The notes beneath the pieces were generated by a model. The model was not told where the DNA came from. It did not search any database and worked only from the letters and a program-made list of their open reading frames with translations. 64,000 bases of DNA from Hormiphora californensis (Eukaryota; Animalia; Ctenophora): the NCBI GenBank assembly GCA_020137815.1, contig CM035350.1, forward strand, positions 5,952,001-6,016,000. The letters run 5' to 3'. Shown in pieces: positions 63,704-64,000 of the stretch. Position numbers and translations under genes: made by a program. Positions within the stretch are counted from its first letter, which is position 1; each line of letters starts with the position of its first letter.

Positions 63704-64000
63704 AGCCTGCAAGAGCACCATGGCGATGTTGAAGATGATCCCCCTGCCTGGCCCCCTGAACTCAGCATGGTAACACGACCAAGATCAACGAGTCGGACTA
63801 GCTCTCGGTACAGCTCTCGGCCAAACTCTCGGCCAAACTCTCGGCCCAACTCTCGGCCCAACTCTCGACCCAACTCCCCTAAATCTGAGCGACGTCCTCG
63901 AAGCCGTCCACATTCTAGCCATTCTAAAAGATCGCAGCCCAGGAGTCGGCCCAGCTCGCAGGTGAGCGAGAGGAGGTCCCGACATGGCTCCCACTGCAGT

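Noticed and set aside
63705-64000. Possible + strand ORF with (SRPN)n repeats running off the window
   Set aside because: Low complexity and truncated; no product can be assigned.

Overview
Gene-dense animal (eukaryotic) genomic DNA with short GT-AG introns, many (GA)n microsatellites and many transposon insertions. The style suggests an early-branching invertebrate such as a ctenophore, but that is only an inference. 1.7-19.1 kb: a same-strand tandem array of 12 Rho/Rac-family GTPase genes (10 intronless and atypical, 2 intron-containing and canonical). Nine of them share a nucleotide-homogenised C-terminal cassette while their P-loop and switch regions vary strongly and lack catalytic Q61. 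20-35 kb: four tightly packed minus-strand genes, namely a Delta/DSL-like membrane protein with about 25 CSSCHGNWDPATN repeats (in a frame missed by the ORF track), two very divergent alpha-actinin-like genes, and a PKA catalytic subunit with duplicated alternative C-terminal exons. 35.8-40.4 kb: a five-layer nest of transposons. The rest holds a DUF4647/C9orf43-like gene, EI24, a 3.6-kb foldback element carrying a Helitron, a NEDD4-family (ITCH/WWP-type) E3 ligase, an AlkB fragment inside a minisatellite, MTBP, a perfect 339-bp palindrome and a 38-bp minisatellite. All calls come from reading the sequence by eye; no database searches were run.
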